This document shows positions 16,769-25,710 of a DNA stretch of 64,000 nucleotides, one piece after another. Every line of letters starts with the position of its first letter. Positions within the stretch are counted from its first letter, which is position 1. The notes under the pieces were generated by a model. That model did no database searches. It was not told the DNA's origin and saw only the letters and a list, made by a program, of their open reading frames with translations. The translations under genes were made by a program, and so were the position numbers. The stretch is from Patescibacteria group bacterium (GTDB lineage Bacteria > Patescibacteriota > Patescibacteriia > JAXHNJ01): positions 210,741 to 274,740 of the forward strand of contig JBAZMP010000001.1 in NCBI GenBank assembly GCA_041649715.1, in the 5' to 3' direction.

Positions 16769-19273
16769 CTATTTTGTTTTGACTAGCTTAATATTATCTT
16801 TTTCCGCGGTAATGTCAAGATCGTCGCCATCCTTAACTTCGCCTGACAGCAGTTTTTCAGCCAAAGGGTTTTCAATCAGTTCCTGGATTAATTTGCGGAC
16901 GGCGCGCGCCCCTGAATCCGGGGAGAAAGCCTTTTTCGCCAAGATGGCGCGCGCCCTGTTTTTCAGGGAAAAGGTGATATTCTTATCTTTCAATCTTTCT
17001 TCAAGTTCCTTAATCTGCCGCTCCACGATTTTTTCTACCGCTTTCTCGTCCAGGGGTTTGAAGACGATGATTTTGTCCACCCGGTTTAAAAATTCAGGGC
17101 GAAACTTATCGCGCAGATCCTTTAGTACCTGGTTTTTTATTGCCTCATATTTTTCCGCCCATTGCTTTTTTTTATCCTCATTTTCCGTTTCAAAGCCCAT
17201 GGCGGCCATCTGGTTCAAATTTTTCAGGCCGACATTGGAAGTCATGATGACAATGGTGTTTTTAAAATTTACTTTTTTGCCCACGGCGTCGGTCAGATGC
17301 CCCTCATCCATGATCTGCAGCAAAAGGTTAAAGACGTCGGGATGGGCTTTTTCCATTTCATCAAAAAGAACCACGGCGTAAGGTTTTCTTTTTACCTGGT
17401 CGGATAATTTTGTCCCTTCTTTGTAGCCGACATAGCCGGCGGGGGCGCCGATGAGCTTGGAGATATTGAAGCTTTCCGTAAATTCCGACATATCGAGGCG
17501 GATGAGAGCGTTCTCGTCTTCAAAAACCACCCGGGCCAATACTTTGGCCATTTCTGTTTTGCCCACGCCCGAAGGCCCCAGAAAAATAAATGAGCCCAAA
17601 GGCCGGCTGGGGTTGGCCAGGCCGACGCGCGAGCGGCGGATGAAGTCAGCGATCGCCTTGGTCGCTTCGTTTTGGCCGACGATGTATTCTTCAAGCACTT
17701 TTTCCAGATTTATCAATCTTTCCTTTTCGGATTTAACGAGTTCGGCCAGGGGAACGCCGGTAATCTTGGCGATGATTTCCGCGATGTCTCTTTCTGAAAT
17801 TTCGCCCACAAACCCGGAGGTGGTCTGGGCGTATTTTTCCCGTAATTTGCCCAGGTCAATTTTAAGCTGGCCTTCTTTTTGTTTAAGACCCAAGGCTTCG
17901 TCAAAGCTTTCCTTTAAAACAGCCTCTTCCTTCTCTTTTTGGATTTTTTCCCTCTCTTTTTCTTTCTCCTTTATTTTTTGAAAGAAGGGACTCGGTTTGG
18001 CGTTGACCTTGATTTTGGCCGCCGCTTCATCTATCAAATCAATGGCTTTGTCCGGCAGAAATTTATCCTGAATATAGCGGGAAGAGAGCTTGACCGCGGC
18101 CGCCAAAGCATTTTCGTTTATTTTTACGTGATGGTAAGTCTCAAAATTATCCTTTATTCCGGCTAAGATTTCCAGGGTTTCTTCCGGGCTGGATTCTTTG
18201 ATGATGATGGGCTGAAATCGTCTCTCTAGAGCGGGATCGGACTCGATGTTTTTTTTGAATTCCTCCAAAGTGGTCGCGCCGATGCAGTGGATCTGCCCTT
18301 TTGATAGGGCCGGTTTTAAAATATTGGCCGCGTCCATGGAGCCGGTGGCCGAGCCGGTGCCGATGATATTGTGGATCTCATCTATGAAGAGGATGATGTT
18401 TTCATCGGCCTTTATTTCTTCGATTACCTGCTTGAGCCGGCTTTCAAATTCGCCGCGGTAAATGGTCCCGGCCACCACCATTCCTAAATCAAGGGACAGG
18501 AGTTTTTTCTTGGCCAGGATGTCCGGCACTTCGCCTTTCAGGATCTTTTTTGCCAAGCCTTCGACGATGGCCGTTTTACCGACCCCGGGATCGCCGAGCA
18601 AGATCGGATTATTTTTCGTCCGGCGCGATAAAATATGGATCAATCTTTCTATTTCTTTCTTCCGACCGATTACCGGATCAATGGATTTCTGCAAATTCGG
18701 ATCAGTTAGATCGTTGGAAAAGAAATCCAAAGCCGGGGTTTTGGAAGGGCGGCGGCCCGTGAATTCTTTTTCCATTTCTTTTTCCTCGGCGAAAAATCCC
18801 GACAGATCGGGAAATTTGGAGGTGTTTTTTAATATCATGGTAAGATTTTTTTTGAGGCTTTCAAGGTCGATACGGTGTTCTTTGAAGATCTTTTCCAGAG
18901 TCGCATCGCCGATTTCCAGGAGCGAAAAAAGCAGATGCTCCGTGCCGACGTATTTGTGTTTGTAGCGGCTGGCGGTTAAAACCGCTTTTTCCAGGGCTTT
19001 TTTGGCCGGGAGGGAAAATTTTAATTGGGCGATATCCATCATGTCGCCTGAAACCGGTTCATTAGTTTGGCGGACGCTGATCTTCAAGTCTTCCGTCTTT
19101 AATTTGGTTTTGCCCAGGATGTCGTGCGAAATGCCGCCGCGGGCGCTTAACAGTCCATAGAGAAAATGTTCCGGATTGATATACTTGTTTTTCAATTCCA
19201 AAGCCAGCTTGGCGGCCGCGTCAAGCGCGTTTTTAAGATGCTGGGTGAATTTTTTTAAGACCGGTATATCCAT
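16769..19273 (-). CDS. clpC: ATP-dependent Clp protease ATPase subunit ClpC
   Basis: Clp-N repeats, GDPGVGKT and GPSGVGKT, short UVR-type middle domain, MGF ClpP-docking loop. Confidence 0.92.
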   Translation of the reverse strand: MDIPVLKKFTQHLKNALDAAAKLALELKNKYINPEHFLYGLLSARGGISHDILGKTKLKTEDLKISVRQTNEPVSGDMMDIAQLKFSLPAKKALEKAVLTASRYKHKYVGTEHLLFSLLEIGDATLEKIFKEHRIDLESLKKNLTMILKNTSKFPDLSGFFAEEKEMEKEFTGRRPSKTPALDFFSNDLTDPNLQKSIDPVIGRKKEIERLIHILSRRTKNNPILLGDPGVGKTAIVEGLAKKILKGEVPDILAKKKLLSLDLGMVVAGTIYRGEFESRLKQVIEEIKADENIILFIDEIHNIIGTGSATGSMDAANILKPALSKGQIHCIGATTLEEFKKNIESDPALERRFQPIIIKESSPEETLEILAGIKDNFETYHHVKINENALAAAVKLSSRYIQDKFLPDKAIDLIDEAAAKIKVNAKPSPFFQKIKEKEKEREKIQKEKEEAVLKESFDEALGLKQKEGQLKIDLGKLREKYAQTTSGFVGEISERDIAEIIAKITGVPLAELVKSEKERLINLEKVLEEYIVGQNEATKAIADFIRRSRVGLANPSRPLGSFIFLGPSGVGKTEMAKVLARVVFEDENALIRLDMSEFTESFNISKLIGAPAGYVGYKEGTKLSDQVKRKPYAVVLFDEMEKAHPDVFNLLLQIMDEGHLTDAVGKKVNFKNTIVIMTSNVGLKNLNQMAAMGFETENEDKKKQWAEKYEAIKNQVLKDLRDKFRPEFLNRVDKIIVFKPLDEKAVEKIVERQIKELEERLKDKNITFSLKNRARAILAKKAFSPDSGARAVRKLIQELIENPLAEKLLSGEVKDGDDLDITAEKDNIKLVKTK

Positions 19274-19326
19274 ATTCTGTTATAGTATTATAGCTTTTTT
19301 CCCGGCGTAAATCAAGATGATCGTAG

Positions 19327-19423
19327 GATATTTTCGATATTAAGAAATTGAGATATCGGGTGATTAAGTCGCATATAAAACTTTGCCTTATTAAGCTCTC
19401 AATATCTCAATATCTTGATTTCT
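19327..19423. repeat. Inverted pair of degenerate 8-mer arrays
   Basis: GATATTAA/GAAATTGA/GATATCGG/GTGATTAA facing CTCAATAT/CTCAATAT/CTTGATTT. Confidence 0.6.
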
Positions 19424-19489
19424 AAAACAAAACAGCTCCGGTTAAATAATAATGAAGCGATAATGCCGCCACCTGAAATAACTATGATA

Positions 19490-20401
19490 TTATTCCTTAA
19501 CGTCTGCCATCCTTCTTAAGGCGGCCACCCGTTCATCAATGGGAGGATGGGTGGAAAATAATCGATTAAAGCCCTTAGCCGCTTTTTCGCCGAAAGGGCT
19601 GGCAATATACAGATGCGCCGTCGCTTGATTGGCGCGTTGAAGAGGCTGTTTATACTGGGAAATCTTTTCTAAGGCGGTCGCCAAGCCTTCTGGATACCGG
19701 GTAAGAAGAGCGCCGGAAGCATCGGCTAAGTATTCTCTTTTTCGGGAAATGGCGAATTGAAGAAGTTTAGCAAAAATCGGAGAAAGTATCAGAAAGACCA
19801 AGCCGATAATTAAAAGGATGAGGCCGATTTGTCCGCCCAAAGAACTGCGGTTGCGCCGGCCGCCGAACAATCTAAAACGGAAAAACCATTGGCCGATTAG
19901 AGTAACTGTTCCGACCAGGACAATGACGATCATCATGAGCCTAATGTCATAATTTTTGATGTGGGATAATTCATGGGCGATCACGCCTTCCAGCTCCTCG
20001 TTTTTCAGCTTTTCGATAATCCCAGAGGTCAGGGCGATAGAAGCGTGTTTGGGGTCGCGGCCGGTGGCAAAGGCATTAGGCGTGGGATCGCTAATGATAT
20101 ATATTTTCGGCAGGTCCAGGCCGGCGGTAATGCAGAGATTCTCCACTAAGCGATAAACATAGGCGTTATCTTGTTTTTCAATTGGTTTAGCGCCGGCGGT
20201 CCAGAGGGCGATCTTATCACCTGAATACCAGCTTATTAAAGTCATCATTCCGGAAATAACCAGGGCGATAACTAATCCGGTATAGCCGGCGTCCGAGAAT
20301 TGACCGATAAAGTAGCCCAAAACTAATAATAAAGCGATAAAAACAAACATAAGTAAAAAGCTGCGGCGTTTATTTGAATTTATGAAGTCGTAGGTTGTCA
20401 T
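19490..20401 (-). CDS. htpX: M48 zinc metalloprotease HtpX
   Basis: PNAFATG, HELSH, SRKREYLAD, FSTHPP; near lemA. Confidence 0.93.
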   Translation of the reverse strand: MTTYDFINSNKRRSFLLMFVFIALLLVLGYFIGQFSDAGYTGLVIALVISGMMTLISWYSGDKIALWTAGAKPIEKQDNAYVYRLVENLCITAGLDLPKIYIISDPTPNAFATGRDPKHASIALTSGIIEKLKNEELEGVIAHELSHIKNYDIRLMMIVIVLVGTVTLIGQWFFRFRLFGGRRNRSSLGGQIGLILLIIGLVFLILSPIFAKLLQFAISRKREYLADASGALLTRYPEGLATALEKISQYKQPLQRANQATAHLYIASPFGEKAAKGFNRLFSTHPPIDERVAALRRMADVKE

Positions 20402-20410
20402 GTTTTTACT

Positions 20411-20469
20411 CGGAACTTTGAACTTTGAACCTGGAACTTATGTTTAAAGTCCAGTGTTCATAATTCAAG
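20411..20469. repeat. Inverted heptamer arrays downstream of the four-helix-bundle gene
   Basis: CGGAACT TTGAACT TTGAACC TGGAACT facing GTTTAAA GTCCAGT GTTCATA ATTCAAG. Confidence 0.65.
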
Positions 20470-20821
20470 CTCTTAGTTTCTTAATAAATCCTGAAAGTTG
20501 TTTGCCTAAATTTTCTGCTTCTCCGAGTAATTTTTCGTATTCATTCTTTGTTACGTATTTTTCACCTAAGGCAATATCAATGCAAGCAATAATTTCCTCT
20601 AAAGACGCCAAAGAAATATTCAAAAATCGGGCAAAATCAGTATCACTATGTTTATTTGATCCTTCCGCGATATTTAACAGGATAGAATTAACCGCTCGGC
20701 GGACTTGTGAAGTCAAAACAAACAGCTCATCTTTAGGGAATTTTCTTGATAATACATAAATTTCTCGCCTAAAAGCTTGCGCGTCTTTATAAACAGGAAA
20801 ATTTCTGAATCTAAATAGCAT
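20465..20821 (-). CDS. Four-helix-bundle protein (23S rRNA IVP / bAvd-like family)
   Basis: FRNFPVY...FPKDELFVLTSQVRRAVNSILLNIAEG...FARFLNISLASLEE. Confidence 0.92.
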   Translation of the reverse strand: MLFRFRNFPVYKDAQAFRREIYVLSRKFPKDELFVLTSQVRRAVNSILLNIAEGSNKHSDTDFARFLNISLASLEEIIACIDIALGEKYVTKNEYEKLLGEAENLGKQLSGFIKKLRA

Positions 20822-20829
20822 ATTGTTAA

Positions 20830-20908
20830 TTAAACTTCGGACAATGTACTATGAACATTAAACTTATTTACCTATCACAAAAATGTTCCGAGTTCTTAGT
20901 TCCGAGTT
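20830..20908. repeat. Inverted heptamer arrays upstream of the four-helix-bundle gene
   Basis: TCGGACA ATGTACT ATGAACA TTAAACT facing GTTCCGA GTTCTTA GTTCCGA. Confidence 0.65.
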
Positions 20909-20911
20909 AGA

Positions 20912-21466
20912 CTAAAAGTTGACCTTTGGCGCTTCTTTCGCTTCTTCTTGCTCCAGTTCAAAGAATTCTCTGGCCTTGAAACCTAGGCGTTGGGCGAACA
21001 TGTTATTGGGGAAGGTCTGGATCTTGGTGTTGAAGTCGCGGACATTGCCGTTGTAAAAGCGGCGCGAGGCCTGGATCTTGTTTTCCGTGTCGGAGAGCTC
21101 GTCCTGCAGTTTAGCGAAGTTCTCCGAAGCCCGCAATTGCGGATAATTTTCCGCCACCGCGAACAGGCTTTTCAAGGCGCCGGAAAGCATATTTTCCGCT
21201 TTGCCTTTTTCCTCCGGATTCTGGGCGCCCATCGCTTTGGCCCGGGCGTTGGTCACGTTTTCAAAGACCTGTTTTTCGTGGGTGGCATAACCCTTGACTG
21301 TTTCGATCAAATTCGGGATCAGGTCATATCTCCTTTTTAACTGGACATCAATATCCGACCAGGCTTCGTCGGTCTGATTTTTCAGGCGGATCAAGCCGTT
21401 ATAAATGGCGACCAGCCAGAAGATGAAAACGAGGATCAGGCCGAGTAAGATGTATACAATATACAT
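20912..21466 (-). CDS. lemA: LemA family protein
   Basis: N-terminal TM, AWSDIDVQLKRRYDLIPNL, AVAENYPQL, RRFYN. Confidence 0.95.
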   Translation of the reverse strand: MYIVYILLGLILVFIFWLVAIYNGLIRLKNQTDEAWSDIDVQLKRRYDLIPNLIETVKGYATHEKQVFENVTNARAKAMGAQNPEEKGKAENMLSGALKSLFAVAENYPQLRASENFAKLQDELSDTENKIQASRRFYNGNVRDFNTKIQTFPNNMFAQRLGFKAREFFELEQEEAKEAPKVNF

Positions 21467-21502
21467 TACTTAATTCCTTTCTTTATTGATTAATATTAAT
21501 AT

Positions 21503-22039
21503 TTAAATTTTATCTGAAGAATATCTTTTTTCCACTTTTTTTACGGAAAATTCCGCTTTGTCTTTTATGTTGCTGGCGGAATAAACGGTCACGGTGTCGC
21601 CCTTTCGGATATCTTTAAGATTAATGAGGGTGGTGCCTGTCGTTTCGGTCGCTTTTGGCCCCTGTTTGGACAGTTCATCGATATCCCTTTTAATTATGGC
21701 GGCGTCCGGATTTATTTCGGCTTTAAAAACCGCTTTCATGATTTTATCGCCCTGGGAGTAGACGGATTCTAAGTAAAGAGTTTGGTCTTCCAGGGCAACC
21801 ACTTTTCCGGTGCGGGTAAAGATGGCGGTTCTTTCCGGCCTATTTAGTAAATTATCCGCCACTGTAATCTCGCCGATAACCTGTGGGGTCAAAGAAATAT
21901 TTAGTTCGCTTTTATTTATGTTCAGGCCAAAATAAAGTATAGCGCCGAAAGAAATGACAAAAATCAGTCCGCTAAAGATGATGAGGGGCCAGTAATAAAT
22001 ATTTAATCCACTTTTAGATCGGGGGATTGGTTTTTTCAT
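21503..22039 (-). CDS. Hypothetical membrane-anchored protein (beta-rich, OB-like)
   Basis: Single TM; TGKVVA...LKDIRKGDTVTVYS pattern. Confidence 0.65.
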   Translation of the reverse strand: MKKPIPRSKSGLNIYYWPLIIFSGLIFVISFGAILYFGLNINKSELNISLTPQVIGEITVADNLLNRPERTAIFTRTGKVVALEDQTLYLESVYSQGDKIMKAVFKAEINPDAAIIKRDIDELSKQGPKATETTGTTLINLKDIRKGDTVTVYSASNIKDKAEFSVKKVEKRYSSDKI

Positions 22040-22186
22040 TTGACAATATCGGTATAATATGTTTTAATAATACAGTGTTATTTATTAGACAAATACCCTT
22101 TTCTTATGTTATTATATGATCAGACAGAAGAACTGTCAAAACAGGATTTTGCCATATTTTTCAAAAATATTAATCTTTGTAAATCT

Positions 22187-23422
22187 ATGCTAAATATCAA
22201 GAGCAAAAACAAAAATCCGATCGGTTTTCTAGCCATCCTTGTTATTCTGGGATGGTTTTTTGTGGCGGGAAGAGAAAGTTTGGCTTGGACCGAACCTATG
22301 GCCGCCCCGCCCGGCGGCAATGTGCAGGCGCCGATAAATGTCTCGGCCACGGCGCAGGCAAAGATCGGCTCTTTGACTTTGGGGGTTGACAACGCTAACC
22401 CCGGTCTTTTAAGGCTTTACCCGGCCGGGCAATTATCTGGCAGTTGCTCGGAAGGGCAGTTGGCTTATTGGAGCGGCTCTGGTCTTTATTATTGCGCCAT
22501 CAGCGGCGCCAGCACCGTCTGGCGAGGTTTAAAAACGGCCAGCGGTTTTGTACTTGAAGATGACACCCAATTGGGCTGGGGTTATTTAAAAAATGATGAT
22601 AATCCGGAAGTAGAATATGCCCTTAAGGCGGTTGGTTATAGCCAAGACGGTGGTTTGCCGTACTATACTGGCATTGAGGGAGCGGCCGGCGATAATAGTG
22701 AAAAAAATTACGGCATTTATGGCACAGATGCTGGGTTCAATAATGCCTATGCCGGTTATTTCCAGGGCAATGTGGGGGTTTCTAAAAGCACGGGCGGAGA
22801 GACAAGATTACAAGTGGGAACGAATAATAGCGATGATCAAGTTAGTCTTTGCTTGAATGATAGCGGTTGTCTCACCAGCTGGCCGTTAGGCGGGGGCAGT
22901 TACTGGACGCAAAATGATTATGACACTTATTTGACCAAAACGGATAAGAATTTGGCGCTAGGCGGCAGTGAAGCAAATGAGTCGGCTTTTTACGTGAATG
23001 TGGCCAATAATATTGATAATAACGTTAAAACAATAATTGGCCAGCCGGAAGATTTGCTCCAGGAGGATCTTTCGGCCGTGACGAGCTATTTTTGCGGAGA
23101 CGGCGCCTGTATGGCGACTGAGAATAATACCAATTGTTCCGCTGATTGCCCGCCTGTTTTTGCCGCTAATAACCCGTTCTACAACAATACCAATAAAATA
23201 ATGATCTGGTCGGCTGATGAAGCTAATTACGGGACAGTTTGTTATGGCGTTAATTCATATGACGAACATTGCGGTGACAATTCTTTAGGACAACCATCAG
23301 CGGGTAATGCGGCGTATATCACCGGCTACACCCTGGGTACTTCTTATCACGCTCAAGTCAAGATTTGGGATCAATATGGTAATGTGACGTATAGCATAGA
23401 TATTCCTTTTACCCCCTCCTAG
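22187..23422 (+). CDS. Secreted fibre-like protein with C-terminal FN3-like domain
   Basis: Signal peptide from ATG 22187, WTEP..APPGGNV.APINV motif, YAGYFQG, LCLNDSGCLTSW, CGDG.C module; paralog of the next gene. Confidence 0.7.
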   Translation: MLNIKSKNKNPIGFLAILVILGWFFVAGRESLAWTEPMAAPPGGNVQAPINVSATAQAKIGSLTLGVDNANPGLLRLYPAGQLSGSCSEGQLAYWSGSGLYYCAISGASTVWRGLKTASGFVLEDDTQLGWGYLKNDDNPEVEYALKAVGYSQDGGLPYYTGIEGAAGDNSEKNYGIYGTDAGFNNAYAGYFQGNVGVSKSTGGETRLQVGTNNSDDQVSLCLNDSGCLTSWPLGGGSYWTQNDYDTYLTKTDKNLALGGSEANESAFYVNVANNIDNNVKTIIGQPEDLLQEDLSAVTSYFCGDGACMATENNTNCSADCPPVFAANNPFYNNTNKIMIWSADEANYGTVCYGVNSYDEHCGDNSLGQPSAGNAAYITGYTLGTSYHAQVKIWDQYGNVTYSIDIPFTPS

Positions 23423-23442
23423 TTAAAACCGTTTTTTTATTT

Positions 23443-25650
23443 ATGTTTTTGCGAAAAAATCGTTTGAGCCGATTATTTGCCTTGTCAATTTTAATATTCG
23501 CCGGATTTTTTCTGATAAGCGAGGAAAGCCGAGCCTATTGGACCGATCCGACCGTCGCTCCGACCAGCGGCAATCTGGCGGTGCCGCTCAATTTTTCGTC
23601 TGTGGCGCAAACAAAAATCGGCCCCCTGACCTTAGGCGGCAGCGGCAATGCCGGCATCCTTGGTTTATATCCCAGCACCTTTGATCCGATTAATGATACT
23701 TGCACAGTCGGTCAGATCGCTTATAACGGCGGCAAGCAGATGTATTATTATTGCGACGACAGTAACCATTGGCAAAGTTTTGCCAACGCAGGAAAAATTT
23801 TTCAATTATTGGATGATAGCCAGGGAGGGTGGGGTTTTATCAAAGTGGCTGATCCGTACGAAAGTTCCTATGGTTTGAGAGGCGAATATTCGTATATACC
23901 TTATGGAAGAGGCATAGTCGGGGAAGCCGGTTTTAACCCGACCGATGAGACAAAAAGCATCGGGATTTACGGCCAGGACAGCGGTTTTGCCGACGCCTAC
24001 GCCGGCTTTTTTGAAGGAAACATAGAAATTCAAAAAAGTGATAATAGCACGGCAGAAAATCCGACAAAGCTGAGCATCGGCACCAGCGCCGAACAGGTAA
24101 AGTTATGTTTAAATAATAGCGGCTGCTTGTCGGATTGGTGGACAAGTGGAGAAGGCGATCCCTTTTGGCTGGACAACGGCCCGCAAGTTTATCTCGATGA
24201 AGCTTCACCTAACCGGGTGCTTTTAGGCGGCACCACCGCGACCGAGGCGAGATTTATCGTGCGGACCGGCGAACACAAAAGCGTGGTCATCGGCCGGCCG
24301 ACAAGCGTCGTCCCCTATACCTGCGGTGACGGCATTTGCCAGACCTGGGAAGGCAATATCATAGATTTGACAAGAGTACCGCCGGCGGAGGTCGCTTGTC
24401 CCCAAGATTGCGTGCCGGTCATAAAGGATGTGAATGTGACGCCATCCGGAGTGACAGCCAGGGTTTGTTATACGGTGGATGAATTAGTATCTGATACGCA
24501 CGTTGAATACCGTCTGCCGGCCGCGCCCGCCTATTTAACTTATCCCATTCCCCCAAGGACGAATGTCAGCGGTAATATCTGTATTGATCTGATCAATTTA
24601 GCGGCGAACACCGAATATGAATTCCGCGTATACGCCAAGGATAACTATGATAACGAGACTTATACCAATCCTTCAAATTTTCTCACAACGGGTTGCGGGG
24701 ACGGCATCTGCGCCGCGGGAGAAACCTGCATGGGCTGTAATGAAGACTGCTTGGGTAAAAAAGGCGGGGGCGGCTGTCTGGCCAGTCAGTATTGTTGTGA
24801 AGAGGGGTGTACGGAATGTTGTGTTGGCAGTGAAGGCCAGTGCCCGGTCGGCCAGGCGTGCGTCCTTCCGGGTATTTGCCAGCCTACCTGTGCTAATGAT
24901 GGTCAGTGCGGGGCGGGCCAGGTCTGCTGTTCTGGTTTCTGCAAGTTCGGCCAATGTTGCGTCAATCCTGACCCCGCGCACTGCGATATCGTCCCCTTTA
25001 CCAAATGTTACAGCAGCACATGCATGCAATGCATAGTGGCCGCGGATTGTAGCGTCTATGGTCTGAATAAATGTTGCACTTCTCCCAGTGGCATGAAGTT
25101 CTGCGGCAACTGCTGCTCAAACAAGGATTGTACAAACCCTCTTTATCCTGAGTGTTGTGCTTCTGGTTCTTACTTGAAGTGTCAAAAATCAAGCGCTTGC
25201 GTCGGCGGCGGCGGCTGCTTCCTAGCCAAGACTAATATTCTTATGGCTGATAATTCCCAAAAACCGATAGAAGAAGTAAAAATTGGAGATCTGGTCTACG
25301 GGTATCAAGACGGCCGGCTGATGTCAGCCAGAGTCGTCCAGACCTTCAAGCATTCCGACGTCAGTCGGTACTACTTATTAACGCTAGAAAACAGCCAGCG
25401 TCTTAAAGTGACCGGCATCCATCCTATCTTTGACGGCAAGGAATATATTAAGGTGGAAGATTTGGCTATCGGCGACACGGTGTATATCCGCGATAATGAT
25501 GTTTTAGAACCGATAAAGATAACGAACATCAGAATTATCGATCAAAGCATTGAGGTCTATAATCTGGAAGTTGACCAGACGAATAATTATTTTGCCGAAG
25601 GGGTGCTGGTGCATAATAAAACTTGGCCGGGTACCCCGGGCACAAATTAA
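23443..25650 (+). CDS. Secreted fibre-like protein: FN3, Cys-rich repeats, C-terminal Hint domain
   Basis: Colinear with the upstream paralog, then CC-rich repeats, GGGG|CFLAKT...VYNLEV...YFAEGVLVHN. Confidence 0.85.
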   Translation: MFLRKNRLSRLFALSILIFAGFFLISEESRAYWTDPTVAPTSGNLAVPLNFSSVAQTKIGPLTLGGSGNAGILGLYPSTFDPINDTCTVGQIAYNGGKQMYYYCDDSNHWQSFANAGKIFQLLDDSQGGWGFIKVADPYESSYGLRGEYSYIPYGRGIVGEAGFNPTDETKSIGIYGQDSGFADAYAGFFEGNIEIQKSDNSTAENPTKLSIGTSAEQVKLCLNNSGCLSDWWTSGEGDPFWLDNGPQVYLDEASPNRVLLGGTTATEARFIVRTGEHKSVVIGRPTSVVPYTCGDGICQTWEGNIIDLTRVPPAEVACPQDCVPVIKDVNVTPSGVTARVCYTVDELVSDTHVEYRLPAAPAYLTYPIPPRTNVSGNICIDLINLAANTEYEFRVYAKDNYDNETYTNPSNFLTTGCGDGICAAGETCMGCNEDCLGKKGGGGCLASQYCCEEGCTECCVGSEGQCPVGQACVLPGICQPTCANDGQCGAGQVCCSGFCKFGQCCVNPDPAHCDIVPFTKCYSSTCMQCIVAADCSVYGLNKCCTSPSGMKFCGNCCSNKDCTNPLYPECCASGSYLKCQKSSACVGGGGCFLAKTNILMADNSQKPIEEVKIGDLVYGYQDGRLMSARVVQTFKHSDVSRYYLLTLENSQRLKVTGIHPIFDGKEYIKVEDLAIGDTVYIRDNDVLEPIKITNIRIIDQSIEVYNLEVDQTNNYFAEGVLVHNKTWPGTPGTN
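25216..25617 (+). other. Hint (bacterial intein-like) autoprocessing domain, 134 aa
   Basis: Cys1 (CFLAKT), KPIEEVKIGD, block B VTGIHPI, terminal HN followed by Lys; no endonuclease. Confidence 0.9.
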
Positions 25651-25710
25651 CGGCTATTAGTTTTGACAATAATTTTCGACCGATATTAATCAAAATTTTA
25701 TAAAATTAAT

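Noticed and set aside
16641-18965. Long plus-strand ORFs opposite clpC (and similar antisense ORFs opposite virB4, fusA and tuf)
   Set aside because: Shadow frames of well-supported genes with no recognisable motifs
20465-20821. Diversity-generating retroelement suggested by the Avd-like gene
   Set aside because: No reverse transcriptase and no template/variable repeat pair differing at adenines was seen in the window
25216-25617. Canonical splicing intein
   Set aside because: The +1 residue is Lys, there is no homing endonuclease, and the host is a secreted variable protein with a 10-aa tail
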